The notes below the pieces were generated by a model that was not told where the DNA came from, did not search any database, and was given only the letters and a program-made list of their open reading frames with translations. Both the position numbers and the translations under genes were made by a program. Positions 28,296 to 38,751 of a stretch of 64,000 bases of DNA are shown here, in pieces; position 1 is the stretch's first letter, and each line of letters starts with the position of its first letter. This stretch comes from Candidatus Omnitrophota bacterium (GTDB lineage: Bacteria > Omnitrophota > Gorgyraeia > Zapsychrales > Zapsychraceae): positions 3,563 through 67,562 of the forward strand of contig DATDQB010000010.1 in the NCBI GenBank assembly GCA_035292445.1, in the 5' to 3' direction.

Positions 28296-29261
28296 TTAAT
28301 TTAATGGCGTTGCTTTTATGCCGTTTAAATATTCGTAGAAATCATTCTCGGTAGACAGCATTAAGGTGGTGCTTGTGTTGATCGTGCTGCGATAGGTCTC
28401 GAGTGTCTTCACAAACGAATAAAACTCAGGGTCTCTATTGTAGGCATCGGCGTAGATCTTGATGGCTTTGGCGTCCGCCTCCCCTTGGATCTCCTGGGCT
28501 GTCTTGTACGCCTCCGATTGGATTTGATTCAATTCTTTTTGCATGAGCCCTTCGATCTCCGCCTTTTCTCCCTGGCCTTCCGAGCGGTACTTCTCGGCGG
28601 CCCGTTTGCGCTCGGAAATCATGCGTTCATAAACTTTCTGGCGGACTTCCTCGACATAATTGATCCTTTTCAAACGCACATCCAACAATTCGATCCCGTA
28701 AGCCGTTATGGATTGACGGGCGCGTTCCCAGATCTTTTCGCTTAACTTATCCCGCCCGTACTCAATGGTCTCCAATTCGGTCTTGCCGAACTGTTCTTCC
28801 GGATCATCTGACAATTCCGCCTTGGCTTCTTCCAAAATGCGGTTGGAATTGCGGATAACTTCAACCAAACGATGGCTTGAAATGATGTCTCTGGTTGAGG
28901 CGTCGATAATATCGTCCAACCGCGTTTGTGCGGAGGCCTCGGTACGCACCGACTGCATGAATTTCAATGGGTCCACGATGCGCCAGCGGGCGGTTGTTTC
29001 CACCCAAATAAAACGCTTTTCCGATGTCGGGATCTGGTTAGGGTCACCGTCCCACTGCATCAGCCTTTTATCAAAATAGTTCGCCGTTTGGATCAAGGGG
29101 ATCTTAAAATACAACCCGGCCTTGGTAATGGGCTCTCCGATAAGCATCCCGAATTGCGTGACAACCACCTGCTCGGTTTCGTCGACCGTGTACATTGCCC
29201 CGCTGGCAACCAATAGAAGCGCTAATACGAAAACCGCAAAAAGAATATTGAGTCCCTTCAT
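28296..29261 (-). CDS. hflC: SPFH/band 7 protease modulator HflC
   Basis: N-terminal TM, YTVDETEQVVVTQFG SPFH start; paired with HflK. Confidence 0.85.
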   Translation of the reverse strand: MKGLNILFAVFVLALLLVASGAMYTVDETEQVVVTQFGMLIGEPITKAGLYFKIPLIQTANYFDKRLMQWDGDPNQIPTSEKRFIWVETTARWRIVDPLKFMQSVRTEASAQTRLDDIIDASTRDIISSHRLVEVIRNSNRILEEAKAELSDDPEEQFGKTELETIEYGRDKLSEKIWERARQSITAYGIELLDVRLKRINYVEEVRQKVYERMISERKRAAEKYRSEGQGEKAEIEGLMQKELNQIQSEAYKTAQEIQGEADAKAIKIYADAYNRDPEFYSFVKTLETYRSTINTSTTLMLSTENDFYEYLNGIKATPLN

Positions 29262-30256
29262 TTTTCACCCCCTTCATTGATCTTTAGCAAGGGTAACACC
29301 GCGTTCGCCTTCGGCTCAAAAATATAAATCTTTCCGGCTTTAGGAATGACTTCTTCCAGCGTTTCCAGATAAAGCCGGCGCCGGGTCACGTCTTTGGCTT
29401 CCTTGTAAGCTTCCCACGTTTTGATGAATTTTGCGGCATCGCCTTCGGCCATTTTGACCCGGGCCAAAGCATAACCTTCAGCTTCCTTGATCGTTTTCTC
29501 CGCCTGCCCCTTGGCCCTGGGAATGACTTTGTTGTACGCCTCCCACGATTCGTTGATGACCTTTTCGCGTTCCTGCTCGGCCTGATTGACTTCATTAAAA
29601 GAAGTTTGTACGGCTTGCGGTGGAAGCACCTCCTGCAATTCCACTTTATAGATTTGTACGCCTGTCTGGTATTTGTCCAAAAGTTCCTGTAATTTATCTT
29701 TTGCTTCCAGGTTGATTTCATTTTTCTTCATGGTCAGCGCTTCCGTCACCGTATGATCGCCGATGACCTGGCGCATCACGGTTTCCGATAAATCACGAAC
29801 CGTCTGGCCGGGATCGCGCACATTAAAAAGCAATTGCACCGGATCCTTGATCTTGAATTGAACAATCCAGGAAACATCCAGCACGTTAAAATCGCCCGTA
29901 AGAAGCAAGGCCTCTTCATCAAAAGATTTCTGGGAATACCTTGTCTGAACGCCCGGCTGGTCGGTACGGAAACCAAACTCTTCCTTAAAGATGCGTTTGA
30001 CTTTAACTTTATCGAGTTTTTCAATCTGAAAGGGGAGTTTCCAATGAAGACCGGGTTCCGTTGTACGGACGTATTTTCCGAAACGCCGGATCACGCCGAC
30101 TTCATCCTGGTCAACGGAATAAAAAGAAGTAACGATAAAGAACAAAACAACAGAAAAAGCTGCTAATGGGACAATCCATTTATTCAGTTCAGAGATCCTC
30201 TGCCCGCCTTGTTTAAAAAGTTCTTCTGGTGTATCGGGAATGCGCCATGCCATCAT
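29258..30256 (-). CDS. hflK: SPFH/band 7 protease modulator HflK
   Basis: FYSVDQDEVGVIRRFGKY SPFH start; 4-nt overlap with hflC. Confidence 0.85.
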   Translation of the reverse strand: MMAWRIPDTPEELFKQGGQRISELNKWIVPLAAFSVVLFFIVTSFYSVDQDEVGVIRRFGKYVRTTEPGLHWKLPFQIEKLDKVKVKRIFKEEFGFRTDQPGVQTRYSQKSFDEEALLLTGDFNVLDVSWIVQFKIKDPVQLLFNVRDPGQTVRDLSETVMRQVIGDHTVTEALTMKKNEINLEAKDKLQELLDKYQTGVQIYKVELQEVLPPQAVQTSFNEVNQAEQEREKVINESWEAYNKVIPRAKGQAEKTIKEAEGYALARVKMAEGDAAKFIKTWEAYKEAKDVTRRRLYLETLEEVIPKAGKIYIFEPKANAVLPLLKINEGGEK

Positions 30257-30264
30257 GCCCTCCT

Positions 30265-31266
30265 TTATAAAATGACAATATTGTTACGCCCAGCCTTTTT
30301 GGCCGCGTACATCGCTTCGTCCGTCTGTGCGATCAGATCTTTGACGGAATTGATATCTTTTGAGGAACGACCGCTAATACCGATGCTAACGGTGCTGTAA
30401 ACGCCCTGTGACGGCTCGTTGGTTAACCGCTCAAATATCACTTTTAAACGCTGGGCCGCGATTTTGGCGTTCTTAGGGGAGGTTTCGGGCAAAATAACAA
30501 GGAATTCATCTCCGCCGTAGCGGCCCACGATATCCACTTCCCTTAAATTCTGCCGGATCAGATCAGCCGTTTCTCTTAAGACCGTATCCCCCCGCTGATG
30601 GCCATAGGCATCATTGATTTGTTTGAATTTATCCATGTCGATCATCATGCAGGAAAGGTCGAGATTATAGCGTTTGGCGCGCAAGAACTCCTCTTCCAAA
30701 CGATCCCGAATGGCGCCGTGATTGAGGACCCGCGTCAAGCCATCCGTTTGGGCCAGGCGTTTAAGATGCCGTTCATATTTCTTCTGGACCGAGATATCTT
30801 CAAAGGTGAAGATCGCGCGCCTAAAGTTCGTTTCGTGCTCTTTGGGAACGGCCACTTTCATTAAAACATCGAACGACTTCCCATCAAGGGTGCGGCTTTT
30901 GAACTCCCCCTGAAGAACTCTTCTTCCCTCCAAAATGCTGGCGAATATCTCCACCAGCACGACGGCCGCTTCCCGATGCAATGTTTTGTTTAAATTGACG
31001 ATAAATTCTTTCTTGTTGGCGGCCCCGTAAAGATTTAACGCGGCCCGATTCAAATGAATAATTTTAAGCTTTCTTAACGTTTCCAGGAAAATGCGCGGAT
31101 GTGTCCGTAAGTAGGTGCGGTATTTCGTTATTTTCTTTCTTTTAAAGGTCTGTTTAAGCCTTGCTAAGACGTTCAGATCCCGTTCCATGATGGCGATGGG
31201 AGCGTTATCAAAAATCATCTTATATCGGCTAAGATGCATTGGCTTATTTCTTCCCTTGGTTAGCAA
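30265..31266 (-). CDS. PAS-domain diguanylate cyclase (GGDEF)
   Basis: [19 protein letters not shown] motif with N-terminal PAS-like region. Confidence 0.85.
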   Translation of the reverse strand: MLTKGRNKPMHLSRYKMIFDNAPIAIMERDLNVLARLKQTFKRKKITKYRTYLRTHPRIFLETLRKLKIIHLNRAALNLYGAANKKEFIVNLNKTLHREAAVVLVEIFASILEGRRVLQGEFKSRTLDGKSFDVLMKVAVPKEHETNFRRAIFTFEDISVQKKYERHLKRLAQTDGLTRVLNHGAIRDRLEEEFLRAKRYNLDLSCMMIDMDKFKQINDAYGHQRGDTVLRETADLIRQNLREVDIVGRYGGDEFLVILPETSPKNAKIAAQRLKVIFERLTNEPSQGVYSTVSIGISGRSSKDINSVKDLIAQTDEAMYAAKKAGRNNIVIL

Positions 31267-32002
31267 CCGCTGTCATGGCTTTCAAAAGGGCCTCTTGATC
31301 TCCCAAATAATAATGCTTGATGGGCTTTAACTTTTCATCAAGCTCATAGACCAAAGGAATCCCGGTGGGAATATTCAAATTGATAATGTCTTCATTGGAT
31401 ATGTTATCCAAATGCTTGACCAGCGCCCTGAGGCTGTTGCCGTGGGCGGCGATGATGACATTTTTTCCCGTTCGCACAACAGGGGCAATGGTTTCGTTCC
31501 AGTAGGAGAGAAACCGCTTCACCGTCAATTCCAGACTTTCCGTAGAAGGCAAATCTATTTTTTTCAAATCCTTATAGCGCGGGTCATGAAGCGGATGGCG
31601 TTTATCGCTTTCTTCCAAAGGCGGCGGCGGGACATCGTAACTTCTTCTCCAAATCAACACCTGTTCTTCACCAAACTTTTGCGCCGTTTCGGATTTATTT
31701 AAGCCCTGCAACGCCCCGTAATGGCGTTCATTCAATCGCCAAGAGCGGTGAACCGGGATCCACATCAAATCCATCTCATCTAAAACAATCCATAACGTGC
31801 GGATCGCCCTCTTTAAGACCGAAGTGAAGGCCACATCAAAGCTGAGGCCTTCCTTTTTTAAAAGCCTGCCCGCATCATGGGCTTCCCTAAACCCTTTCTG
31901 TGATAAATCGACATCTGTCCAACCCGTAAATTTATTTTCTTTATTCCACGTGCTTTCGCCATGCCGTAAAAGGACCAGTTTATAGGTCGGCATTCTTACC
32001 AC
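31244..32002 (-). CDS. gpmA: 2,3-bisphosphoglycerate-dependent phosphoglycerate mutase
   Basis: [27 protein letters not shown] classic GpmA N-terminus; the true start may be MPTYK at 31993. Confidence 0.95.
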   Translation of the reverse strand: MVRMPTYKLVLLRHGESTWNKENKFTGWTDVDLSQKGFREAHDAGRLLKKEGLSFDVAFTSVLKRAIRTLWIVLDEMDLMWIPVHRSWRLNERHYGALQGLNKSETAQKFGEEQVLIWRRSYDVPPPPLEESDKRHPLHDPRYKDLKKIDLPSTESLELTVKRFLSYWNETIAPVVRTGKNVIIAAHGNSLRALVKHLDNISNEDIINLNIPTGIPLVYELDEKLKPIKHYYLGDQEALLKAMTAVANQGKK

Positions 32003-32109
32003 TCCTCTCGATTAATATGAGTATTAATACTTATTACATTCTACACAATATTGGTGAAATTTGAATCTTTTTTGCGGGAATAGTGGGAAGTCTAAAAGTA
32101 GCTAATGAT

Positions 32110-32340
32110 TTAAGCTTTTCTTCTTCTTGAGGAGGCGCGTTTTTTGGCGGGATCTTTCTTTTTAGGAAGATGATAGTTCATCCAGGCTTTGGAAAAATGC
32201 ACAAGCCAATCCTCCGCCGCTTTTTCAAAGCCGATATCATAACCAGCCTTCTCGCTCTCGATCCAAAGATGGCGGTGGATCTCTTCGATGACTCTTTTGT
32301 CTTTTAACAGATAACTATTAGGCATACTCTTTTCATCCAT
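32110..32340 (-). CDS. Small hypothetical protein (76 aa) with basic C-terminal tail
   Basis: Clean ORF; no recognised family. Confidence 0.4.
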   Translation of the reverse strand: MDEKSMPNSYLLKDKRVIEEIHRHLWIESEKAGYDIGFEKAAEDWLVHFSKAWMNYHLPKKKDPAKKRASSRRRKA

Positions 32341-32445
32341 GCTGCAATTCTAACATCTTTCCTGTGGTTTTGTCAAACCCATTCAGATACCACAATAACT
32401 AACCTTAATAGGTATCTTCAGGGTTGACACTGAGAGCCCCGCCTA

Positions 32446-32468
32446 CTGCGGGCGGGGCCGAATGTGTC
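32446..32468. other. GC-rich hairpin GCCCCGCC-tactgcg-GGCGGGGC in the intergenic region
   Basis: 8-bp perfect stem; no flanking U-run on either strand. Confidence 0.3.
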
Positions 32469-32517
32469 AAATACGCTTCTCAACCGGGCCGCCGACAAAA
32501 AACCACACAAAAATTCA

Positions 32518-33318
32518 TTATTTATCGAGGCTTACATAGGCTTGGTCTTCCAGAATTTGACGAATCGTGGCAATACTGGCCTCCAAAAACGTCTGCCCTG
32601 CCCGGGGTTCGCCCCTATAGGCTTCCCCCTCAAACATTTGTAAACGCCCAAGAAGTCTCTGGCGCTCGTCTTTCGATACGCCTAACTGGCTGAACCGCCC
32701 TCGAGCATTCAACTGGTGGCTAATCAAAATTTTATTCACCAGCGTGGAAGCCTCAAGCAACTCTAACGATGACTCTTTTCTTTTTTCATTGATTTTAACA
32801 ATGCCCTCAGAAAATAACCTGAGCATAGAATCATCCAGTTGCTCTTTAAAAACAGCCTCGTAGATTTGGGTAATCAGCGCCCGCTCTTCATTATTAAAAG
32901 CCACTTGATCGTTAACAAATCGGGTAAACAACTGCACAACTTTCAACATAAGCCCGTTATCGGATCGGTCAAATTTCTCGATTAAGTTGCGCGCAATGCG
33001 CAGATTCACATTGGCCATGATCAGCCTGTCCTTTTCCCCTGCCAACGCATTCAAATCCTTGAATTTCTCCTCGCTCAATGGCGACATGTTCTTTTTGGCC
33101 TGGTCGTTTTGATAAAGATACTCCAGTCCCATCAAATACGTCTTCACGAATTCATACTTTTCTCCGTCGGGATTGTTCAAAGCAAACTGGGCCGCGTCTT
33201 CCGGTATTTCCTGAGCAAAAGTTGTCGCGACAAAGCAAAGCACCAGCGCGAAAAAAAGGACAAAAAAAGCAGCCTCTTGAAGAAGCTGCCTTTTTTGTCG
33301 GTACTGTTTGAATTTCAT
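32518..33318 (-). CDS. Secreted hypothetical protein
   Basis: Signal peptide (FFVLFFALVLCFVATTFAQE); no recognised domain. Confidence 0.5.
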   Translation of the reverse strand: MKFKQYRQKRQLLQEAAFFVLFFALVLCFVATTFAQEIPEDAAQFALNNPDGEKYEFVKTYLMGLEYLYQNDQAKKNMSPLSEEKFKDLNALAGEKDRLIMANVNLRIARNLIEKFDRSDNGLMLKVVQLFTRFVNDQVAFNNEERALITQIYEAVFKEQLDDSMLRLFSEGIVKINEKRKESSLELLEASTLVNKILISHQLNARGRFSQLGVSKDERQRLLGRLQMFEGEAYRGEPRAGQTFLEASIATIRQILEDQAYVSLDK

Positions 33319-34367
33319 TAAGCGACGGTTACGTCTTTGGATAAATAAACGTCCTGAATGGCGTTTAAAAGCTTAACGCCTTCGTTCATCGGCCGCTGGA
33401 ACGCTTTGCGCCCCGAAATAAGCCCCATGCCGCCGGCACGTTTATTGATAATGGCCGTCTTAACGGCTTCCTGAAAATCGTTGTCCCCGGAAGCGCCGCC
33501 GGAATTGATCAACCCGATCTTGCCCATATAACAGTTGGCCACCTGATAACGGCACAGATCGATCGGATGATCGCTGGATAATTTCTCATAAACAAACTTG
33601 TGGGTCTTCGCAAATTTAATGGCGTTAAAGCCGCCGTTATTTTCCGGAAGCTTTTGCTTGATGATATCCGCTTCGATCGTCACGCCTAAGTGGTTCGCTT
33701 GGCCGGTCAGATCCGCGGCCACATGATAATCCTTATCCCCTTGCTTGAAGGCGTTGTTCCTTAGATAACACCAAAGGACCGTAAATAATCCCAACTCATG
33801 CGCCCATTTGAATTGCTGGCTGATCTCCTCGATCTGGCGGGAGGATTCCTCGGACCCGAAATAAATCGTGGCCCCGACCGCAGCCGCACCCATGTTCGCG
33901 GCCTGTTCGGCATCCCCAAAAAGCCGCTGATCATATTTATTCGGGTAGGTCATGAGCTCGTTATGATTGAGTTTAACGATAAACGGAATTTTTTTGGCGT
34001 ATTTCTTGGAGCATAACCCCAAAGCGCCCAGCGTCGATGCAACACCGTTACAGCCGCCTTCGATGGCCAATTTAACGATGTTTTCCGGATCAAAATATTC
34101 CGGATTCGGCGCGAAAGATGCACCAGCGGTGTGCTCGATACCCTGGTCCACCGGTAAAATGGATAAATAACCGCTGCCGCCCAGACGCCCGTGCTTGTAG
34201 AGCCGCTTCATGTTAGCTAATACCTTTTCACTACGGTCGCTGTGCGAAAAGACGCGCTCGACAAAGTCGCCGCTGGGAAGCGTTAATGATTCTTTGGGGA
34301 TGGTTTGGCATTTATGTTTAAGCAAATTTTCGGTATCATTACCCAAGTAGTCAAGTACATTGCTCAT
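33318..34367 (-). CDS. fbaB: Class I fructose-bisphosphate aldolase (DhnA/FbaB type)
   Basis: Near-colinear match to E. coli FbaB: [46 protein letters not shown]. Confidence 0.95.
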   Translation of the reverse strand: MSNVLDYLGNDTENLLKHKCQTIPKESLTLPSGDFVERVFSHSDRSEKVLANMKRLYKHGRLGGSGYLSILPVDQGIEHTAGASFAPNPEYFDPENIVKLAIEGGCNGVASTLGALGLCSKKYAKKIPFIVKLNHNELMTYPNKYDQRLFGDAEQAANMGAAAVGATIYFGSEESSRQIEEISQQFKWAHELGLFTVLWCYLRNNAFKQGDKDYHVAADLTGQANHLGVTIEADIIKQKLPENNGGFNAIKFAKTHKFVYEKLSSDHPIDLCRYQVANCYMGKIGLINSGGASGDNDFQEAVKTAIINKRAGGMGLISGRKAFQRPMNEGVKLLNAIQDVYLSKDVTVA

Positions 34368-34472
34368 GTGTTTCTCCTTATCTTATTACTTAGATATTTC
34401 CTAAATTTCTCCCAACATTTTATTCATTTCCTATTCAAAAGCAAGAAAAAATTTCAATTCCCTATGCTTTCG

Positions 34473-35015
34473 TTAAGCCCCGTTCTTCAAAAAATAAAGA
34501 CCGGCGAATATCTTAGGCTCAAGAAGATAGCCTTTCTTTTCTTTTTGTTTCAGCCACCTCTCGACGTTCGATAACGGCACTTCGTGGACCGTGATGTTCT
34601 CGGTGCTGTCGCCCCCGCCCTTGCCGGTCTTTTTAAGGCCGTACGCCCGGACCATCGTGACCAAATCAGAGGTGGAGCCTCCTGAAACCGGCCCGGTCAA
34701 AAACTTTTTCATGCGTTTGGCCCGGTATCCTGTTTCTTCGAACAATTCCCGAATGGCTGCTGACTCTAAAGATTCCCCTTTCAAGCCATGCTCATCGCTC
34801 ACCAATCCTGCCGGGAACTCAATCACTTTCTTTCTGACCGGGGGACGGTACTGTTCAACAAAAATCACACGATCATCGTCGGTTTTAGCCACGATAATGA
34901 CAATGCCGGTGCAGTTGCTTCGCTCAACAAACTCCCAACCGCCTTCTTTAACAAAACGGATATACCGCCCTTCATGCAGCACAACCCTTCGGCCTCGTTG
35001 ATTAGATTTTTTCAT
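34473..35015 (-). CDS. NUDIX hydrolase
   Basis: Nudix box GLVSDEHGLKGESLESAAIRELFEETGY. Confidence 0.8.
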   Translation of the reverse strand: MKKSNQRGRRVVLHEGRYIRFVKEGGWEFVERSNCTGIVIIVAKTDDDRVIFVEQYRPPVRKKVIEFPAGLVSDEHGLKGESLESAAIRELFEETGYRAKRMKKFLTGPVSGGSTSDLVTMVRAYGLKKTGKGGGDSTENITVHEVPLSNVERWLKQKEKKGYLLEPKIFAGLYFLKNGA

Positions 35016-35038
35016 TCTTAATAATTTGGCTAGGGCGC

Positions 35039-35704
35039 CTACGGCGTTTCCAATTCAATGGAGGAAACACCTAATTCACATTCGATGTACTCAATATCTT
35101 CGGCCGTGGCGGGAATTAAATCGACTTCAACCGGATTCCACTTACCGCGGGCCAATTGCCCCTTAAAACTATACTTGGCGCCTGTTAACGACTCCCGCCA
35201 TTGATCAAAGGTTAAAGGGGAACCGGGCGTCCATTTCTTGCCCCAAACCAATCTTAAGGTAAAATCCCGGAAATCAGCATAATTAGGATTGCCGATCTGT
35301 AAGAAAAGACGGTACCCTCCGTTAACCGGCTGCATATCCTGGACATTAATAAAAAACATGCCCGTGGGGGTTTCGATTTTCTGGTAAGAGCGGTTATCGG
35401 GGCTCAGCTCGACGGTCTTGTTACTGATCCCCAGTAACCGTGATTCCAGGCTTTCCTCCAAATGCTCACTGTACTTCGCCAATCCTTCTTCAAGGTTTTT
35501 GGTATAATTGTTGATGCCTTGCTCCAGGCTGCCTGTGTAAGTCGCCAGCGAAGGCGGTAGTGTATCCAAGTACTCCTCAACAGCCCGTAAGCGGGCATCC
35601 AACTCTTCCACCGACGACTGTTGAGCAAAAACACCGCCTCCTGAAAATACGCCTGCCAGCACGGCCATAAGAACAATGGCTTGCATGAACATCTTTGCCT
35701 CCAT
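35039..35704 (-). CDS. Secreted hypothetical protein
   Basis: Signal peptide; no recognised domain. Confidence 0.5.
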   Translation of the reverse strand: MEAKMFMQAIVLMAVLAGVFSGGGVFAQQSSVEELDARLRAVEEYLDTLPPSLATYTGSLEQGINNYTKNLEEGLAKYSEHLEESLESRLLGISNKTVELSPDNRSYQKIETPTGMFFINVQDMQPVNGGYRLFLQIGNPNYADFRDFTLRLVWGKKWTPGSPLTFDQWRESLTGAKYSFKGQLARGKWNPVEVDLIPATAEDIEYIECELGVSSIELETP

Positions 35705-35817
35705 TTTATCTTGTAAAATCTTCTGTCATTTTACCCCCGAAGAAGGGCTGTGACAAGCGAATTAGCATCTTCGTAAAGTTAAGGAAATGAGGAAATCCGA
35801 CAATCGCCTAACGCAGA

Positions 35818-36474
35818 TTATTGTTCAACGGTTGCAGCGGCTGGTTCTTCTTCTGAAGCAGGAGCCGGCAATATTTCCGGTAGAGGGCCTACCGTCGATG
35901 CTGGAGGAGCTGTTAATTCTGTTATTTGCGTCCCTCCCAAATTAGCTCCTCGCCAACTGCGTATGGAAACAATATTTTCAAAAACCATTTTAATATCCCC
36001 GTAATAATATACAGAAAGATTTCCATCGTCGTCGGTTTCGTAGGATTCGGTGGGCTCGCCGTATTTTCTTTGGATCATGGTATACGTAATGTTCTCTCCT
36101 ATCAATTCCTTGCTCTCCAAGTCAAAACGCAGATCATCGACGCTTTTGGTATAGACTGTCTTCTTAAAGGTGTCGTACTCCCAGTCCTTCCAAACACGTT
36201 TGCGCTCGAAGATCAGGCGTAGATCTTCATAATCGTAAGTGATCCTTTTATCATCATCAAGGATATTGGGAGCATCTCCGTAGTCTTTTTGGATGTCCTG
36301 CAAGCGGGTTTTACCGATCTGAATCTTCCCTTCGAGAACGTCGCTCTTAAGCCGGGTAACGTCCTCGGGAGTTGCGATGACGCCTTTAAGGGCATGGGCG
36401 TAAGAAGACCCTATCAACAGAGCCAAGCTCACCGATAAGAATAAAATCAGGCTTTTTATTGAATTTTTAATCAT
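35818..36474 (-). CDS. Secreted hypothetical protein
   Basis: Signal peptide; Pro/Ala-rich C-terminal tail. Confidence 0.5.
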   Translation of the reverse strand: MIKNSIKSLILFLSVSLALLIGSSYAHALKGVIATPEDVTRLKSDVLEGKIQIGKTRLQDIQKDYGDAPNILDDDKRITYDYEDLRLIFERKRVWKDWEYDTFKKTVYTKSVDDLRFDLESKELIGENITYTMIQRKYGEPTESYETDDDGNLSVYYYGDIKMVFENIVSIRSWRGANLGGTQITELTAPPASTVGPLPEILPAPASEEEPAAATVEQ

Positions 36475-36529
36475 TTTTTCATTGAACCAGGGGTATTATA
36501 ACACATCCTCTTAGGAGGGCATTAAAAAT

Positions 36530-38260
36530 TCAGGTTTTTTTCCGCCATTCTTCCATAACAGCCTCCATTAAGGGAGCAATGGTCTTCTCGGAAAAATCAA
36601 AGCGTATGCCAGCGGCCTCATAAAGCTCAGGGATGGTCCTGGAGCCGCCCAACGCCAACGCTTTCTTGTAATGGCCGAGGGCTTTCTTCGGATCTTTCTT
36701 GGCTGTCAGCCATAACTGCAACGCCCCCAGCTGAGCAATGCCGTATTCGATATAATAAAAAGGCACCTCAAAAATATGCAGCTGGCGGTGCCACAGATAT
36801 TCATGCTCGGATTCCAGCCCCTGCCAATCCACATACCCCGAACCGAACCGCCAGCGGATACGAATCCATTCCTGACTGCGCTGTTGCGGCGTATGATCGG
36901 GATTTTCATAGAGCCAGTGCTGAAAACAATCTACAATGGCCACCCAAACAAGCGTAAAAACGACATCTTTAAAATGATCGCTGATCGAGCGGTCCGTTTC
37001 CTCTTCATTATAAAAAACGCTGATCCGCTCATCGGGCAAGATCTCCATGGCCATGGACGCGACCTCATTGAATTCCATGGGCCCGTGCCGGTAGTCGAAC
37101 AACGGATCATGGCGGCAGGCCAACGAATGGAACGCATGGCCGGCTTCATGAAGGAGGGTGCGCATATCCGAATCCAGGCCGACCGCGTTCATGAAAATAA
37201 AAGGAAGCCGCGCTTCGTGCAGCGCGTGCTGGTAGCCGCCGGGCGCCTTGCCTTTGCGGCTTTCCAGGTCCAGCAAGCCTTCATCCGCCATCAAAGCGAA
37301 ATGCGCGCCCAATTCTTCGTCCATATCCGAAAATATCTTCTTGCAGCCTTCGACCAATTCTTCGACGCGCTCAAAGGGCTTAAGCGGCGGTTGCGCCGCC
37401 GGATCAACGGCCAGGTCCCATGGCCTCAAGGCATCGAGTTTCATTTTCTTTTTTCTCTCCTCAAGGATCCGCCCCATGAGCGGAACGACGATGCGCTCGA
37501 TTGTTTGATGATAATGCTTACAATCCTGCGGCGTATAATCAAAACGCCCCAGGGCTTTGAACTTGTAATCGCGGTAATTGTCAAATCCCGCGTTCTTGGC
37601 CATCTGAGTACGCAGCTTGAGCATCCGGCCAAACAGATCGTCCAGCCTGCCTTTGTCCTTGAGCCGCCGATGGGCTGACTTCAGCCACGCCTTTTCGCGA
37701 AGGCCGCGGTCAAGCTCGACCAGATACTTGCCCATCTGGGGCAGCGTATGCTCCTTCCCTTTGAATGAAATCGTCATCGCGGCGCAAATGGCCTGGTATT
37801 CCTGGCCCAAAAGCTCTTCTTGCGTTGACAAAGCGACGTTTTCCTCTACGAAGAGTTCAAGTTCGTTCTTTATCTCACGCTCATAAACGCCGTAACGCTT
37901 TTTATCGAGAGGATGCTCTTTCGCCGCCTCAAAAAATCTTTTATTCAACTTATCGTCCATTTGTTTGATGATCGGCTCGATCGTTTCGATAAATTTCTTG
38001 TACGCGTCAGTGCGCTTGGCATCATCGGTCTGGCAGGTCATCAGGATATAAACGATCGCCCCCTCCTGACTAAGGACGGCATCCAGTTCGCTGCGCTCTA
38101 ACAGCCAACGTTCCAAATCTTTGGTAGAGGCCATGGGCCGCTCAAGAAGCCGTTGGTACAGTAATTCAACAGTTTGGGGGTTTTGAAGGTCCACGTCTTT
38201 GGGAACGAAGCTTCGCGACTGAAACCTGGAAAGATTAAGAGAGTTTGCGGTTAAATTCAT
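36530..38260 (-). CDS. pepF: M3 family oligoendopeptidase F
   Basis: LLHEAGHAFHSL HExxH zinc site in M3B context, 576 aa. Confidence 0.85.
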   Translation of the reverse strand: MNLTANSLNLSRFQSRSFVPKDVDLQNPQTVELLYQRLLERPMASTKDLERWLLERSELDAVLSQEGAIVYILMTCQTDDAKRTDAYKKFIETIEPIIKQMDDKLNKRFFEAAKEHPLDKKRYGVYEREIKNELELFVEENVALSTQEELLGQEYQAICAAMTISFKGKEHTLPQMGKYLVELDRGLREKAWLKSAHRRLKDKGRLDDLFGRMLKLRTQMAKNAGFDNYRDYKFKALGRFDYTPQDCKHYHQTIERIVVPLMGRILEERKKKMKLDALRPWDLAVDPAAQPPLKPFERVEELVEGCKKIFSDMDEELGAHFALMADEGLLDLESRKGKAPGGYQHALHEARLPFIFMNAVGLDSDMRTLLHEAGHAFHSLACRHDPLFDYRHGPMEFNEVASMAMEILPDERISVFYNEEETDRSISDHFKDVVFTLVWVAIVDCFQHWLYENPDHTPQQRSQEWIRIRWRFGSGYVDWQGLESEHEYLWHRQLHIFEVPFYYIEYGIAQLGALQLWLTAKKDPKKALGHYKKALALGGSRTIPELYEAAGIRFDFSEKTIAPLMEAVMEEWRKKT

Positions 38261-38353
38261 GGCTTAATTTTAAGGAAATACAGATTATTCAATCTAACAA
38301 ATTTTATCGGCCGGCACACCAAATTTATTGATTATTTACCACAGACTTAACTC

Positions 38354-38381
38354 TTGACATCGCAGGGATAATGAGTATACT
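38354..38381 (+). promoter_or_regulatory. Sigma-70-like promoter for rpmB (TTGACA, 16-nt spacer, TATACT)
   Basis: Consensus -35 at 38354..38359 and -10 at 38376..38381, 34 nt upstream of the rpmB ATG. Confidence 0.5.
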
Positions 38382-38414
38382 TGTTTTCAAGATTTAACTT
38401 AAAATAATAAATAG

Positions 38415-38648
38415 GTGAGCGGCATGAAAGTATGCATTATTTGTGGCAAGGGATCGATTCCCGGAAATAAATACAAAAGACGTGGTCAGATCAAACGTAC
38501 CGGTGGGGCCGGCTCTAAAATCGTCGGTAAAACCCTGCGCGTCTTTAAACCCAACCTTCAGAAGATCAAAATCCGCTTGGAAGGCACTGTCAAGCGCGTC
38601 AACGTCTGCACCGGATGCATCAAAGCCGGAAAAATCGTAAAAGCGTAA
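38415..38648 (+). CDS. rpmB: 50S ribosomal protein L28
   Basis: CxxC...CxxC zinc-ribbon small basic protein with PNLQ motif typical of bL28. Confidence 0.75.
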   Translation: MSGMKVCIICGKGSIPGNKYKRRGQIKRTGGAGSKIVGKTLRVFKPNLQKIKIRLEGTVKRVNVCTGCIKAGKIVKA

Positions 38649-38654
38649 ATTTCG

Positions 38655-38689
38655 TTAATAGCTAATAGTTAATGGTTAATGGTTAATAG
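38655..38689. repeat. Five tandem heptamers TTAATAG/CTAATAG/TTAATGG directly after the rpmB stop
   Basis: ttaatag ctaatag ttaatgg ttaatgg ttaatag. Confidence 0.7.
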
Positions 38690-38724
38690 TGCGATGTTGT
38701 CCGATTTCCCTATTCACTATTAAC
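38683..38724. terminator. Hairpin (10-bp stem GTTAATAGTG/CACTATTAAC, 22-nt loop) between convergent rpmB and recJ; possible bidirectional terminator
   Basis: Inverted repeat; AT-rich flanks but no clean U-run. Confidence 0.35.
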
Positions 38725-38751
38725 TATTTACGATTAACAAACAACCCACTT

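Noticed and set aside
32446-32468. GC-rich hairpin as a member of the GTAGGG palindromic family
   Set aside because: It lacks the diagnostic GTAGGG/CCCTAC termini; it is listed only as a generic hairpin.
36776-37678. 300-aa plus-strand ORF
   Set aside because: It is entirely antisense to the M3 oligoendopeptidase (pepF) gene, which has a clear HExxH active site. The composition is low-complexity and Arg/Pro-rich, typical of reverse-frame artefacts.
38655-38689. Short tandem repeats (heptamers here, hexamers at 42113..42200) considered as a CRISPR array
   Set aside because: The units are 6-7 nt with no spacers, which is far too short. No cas genes are present.
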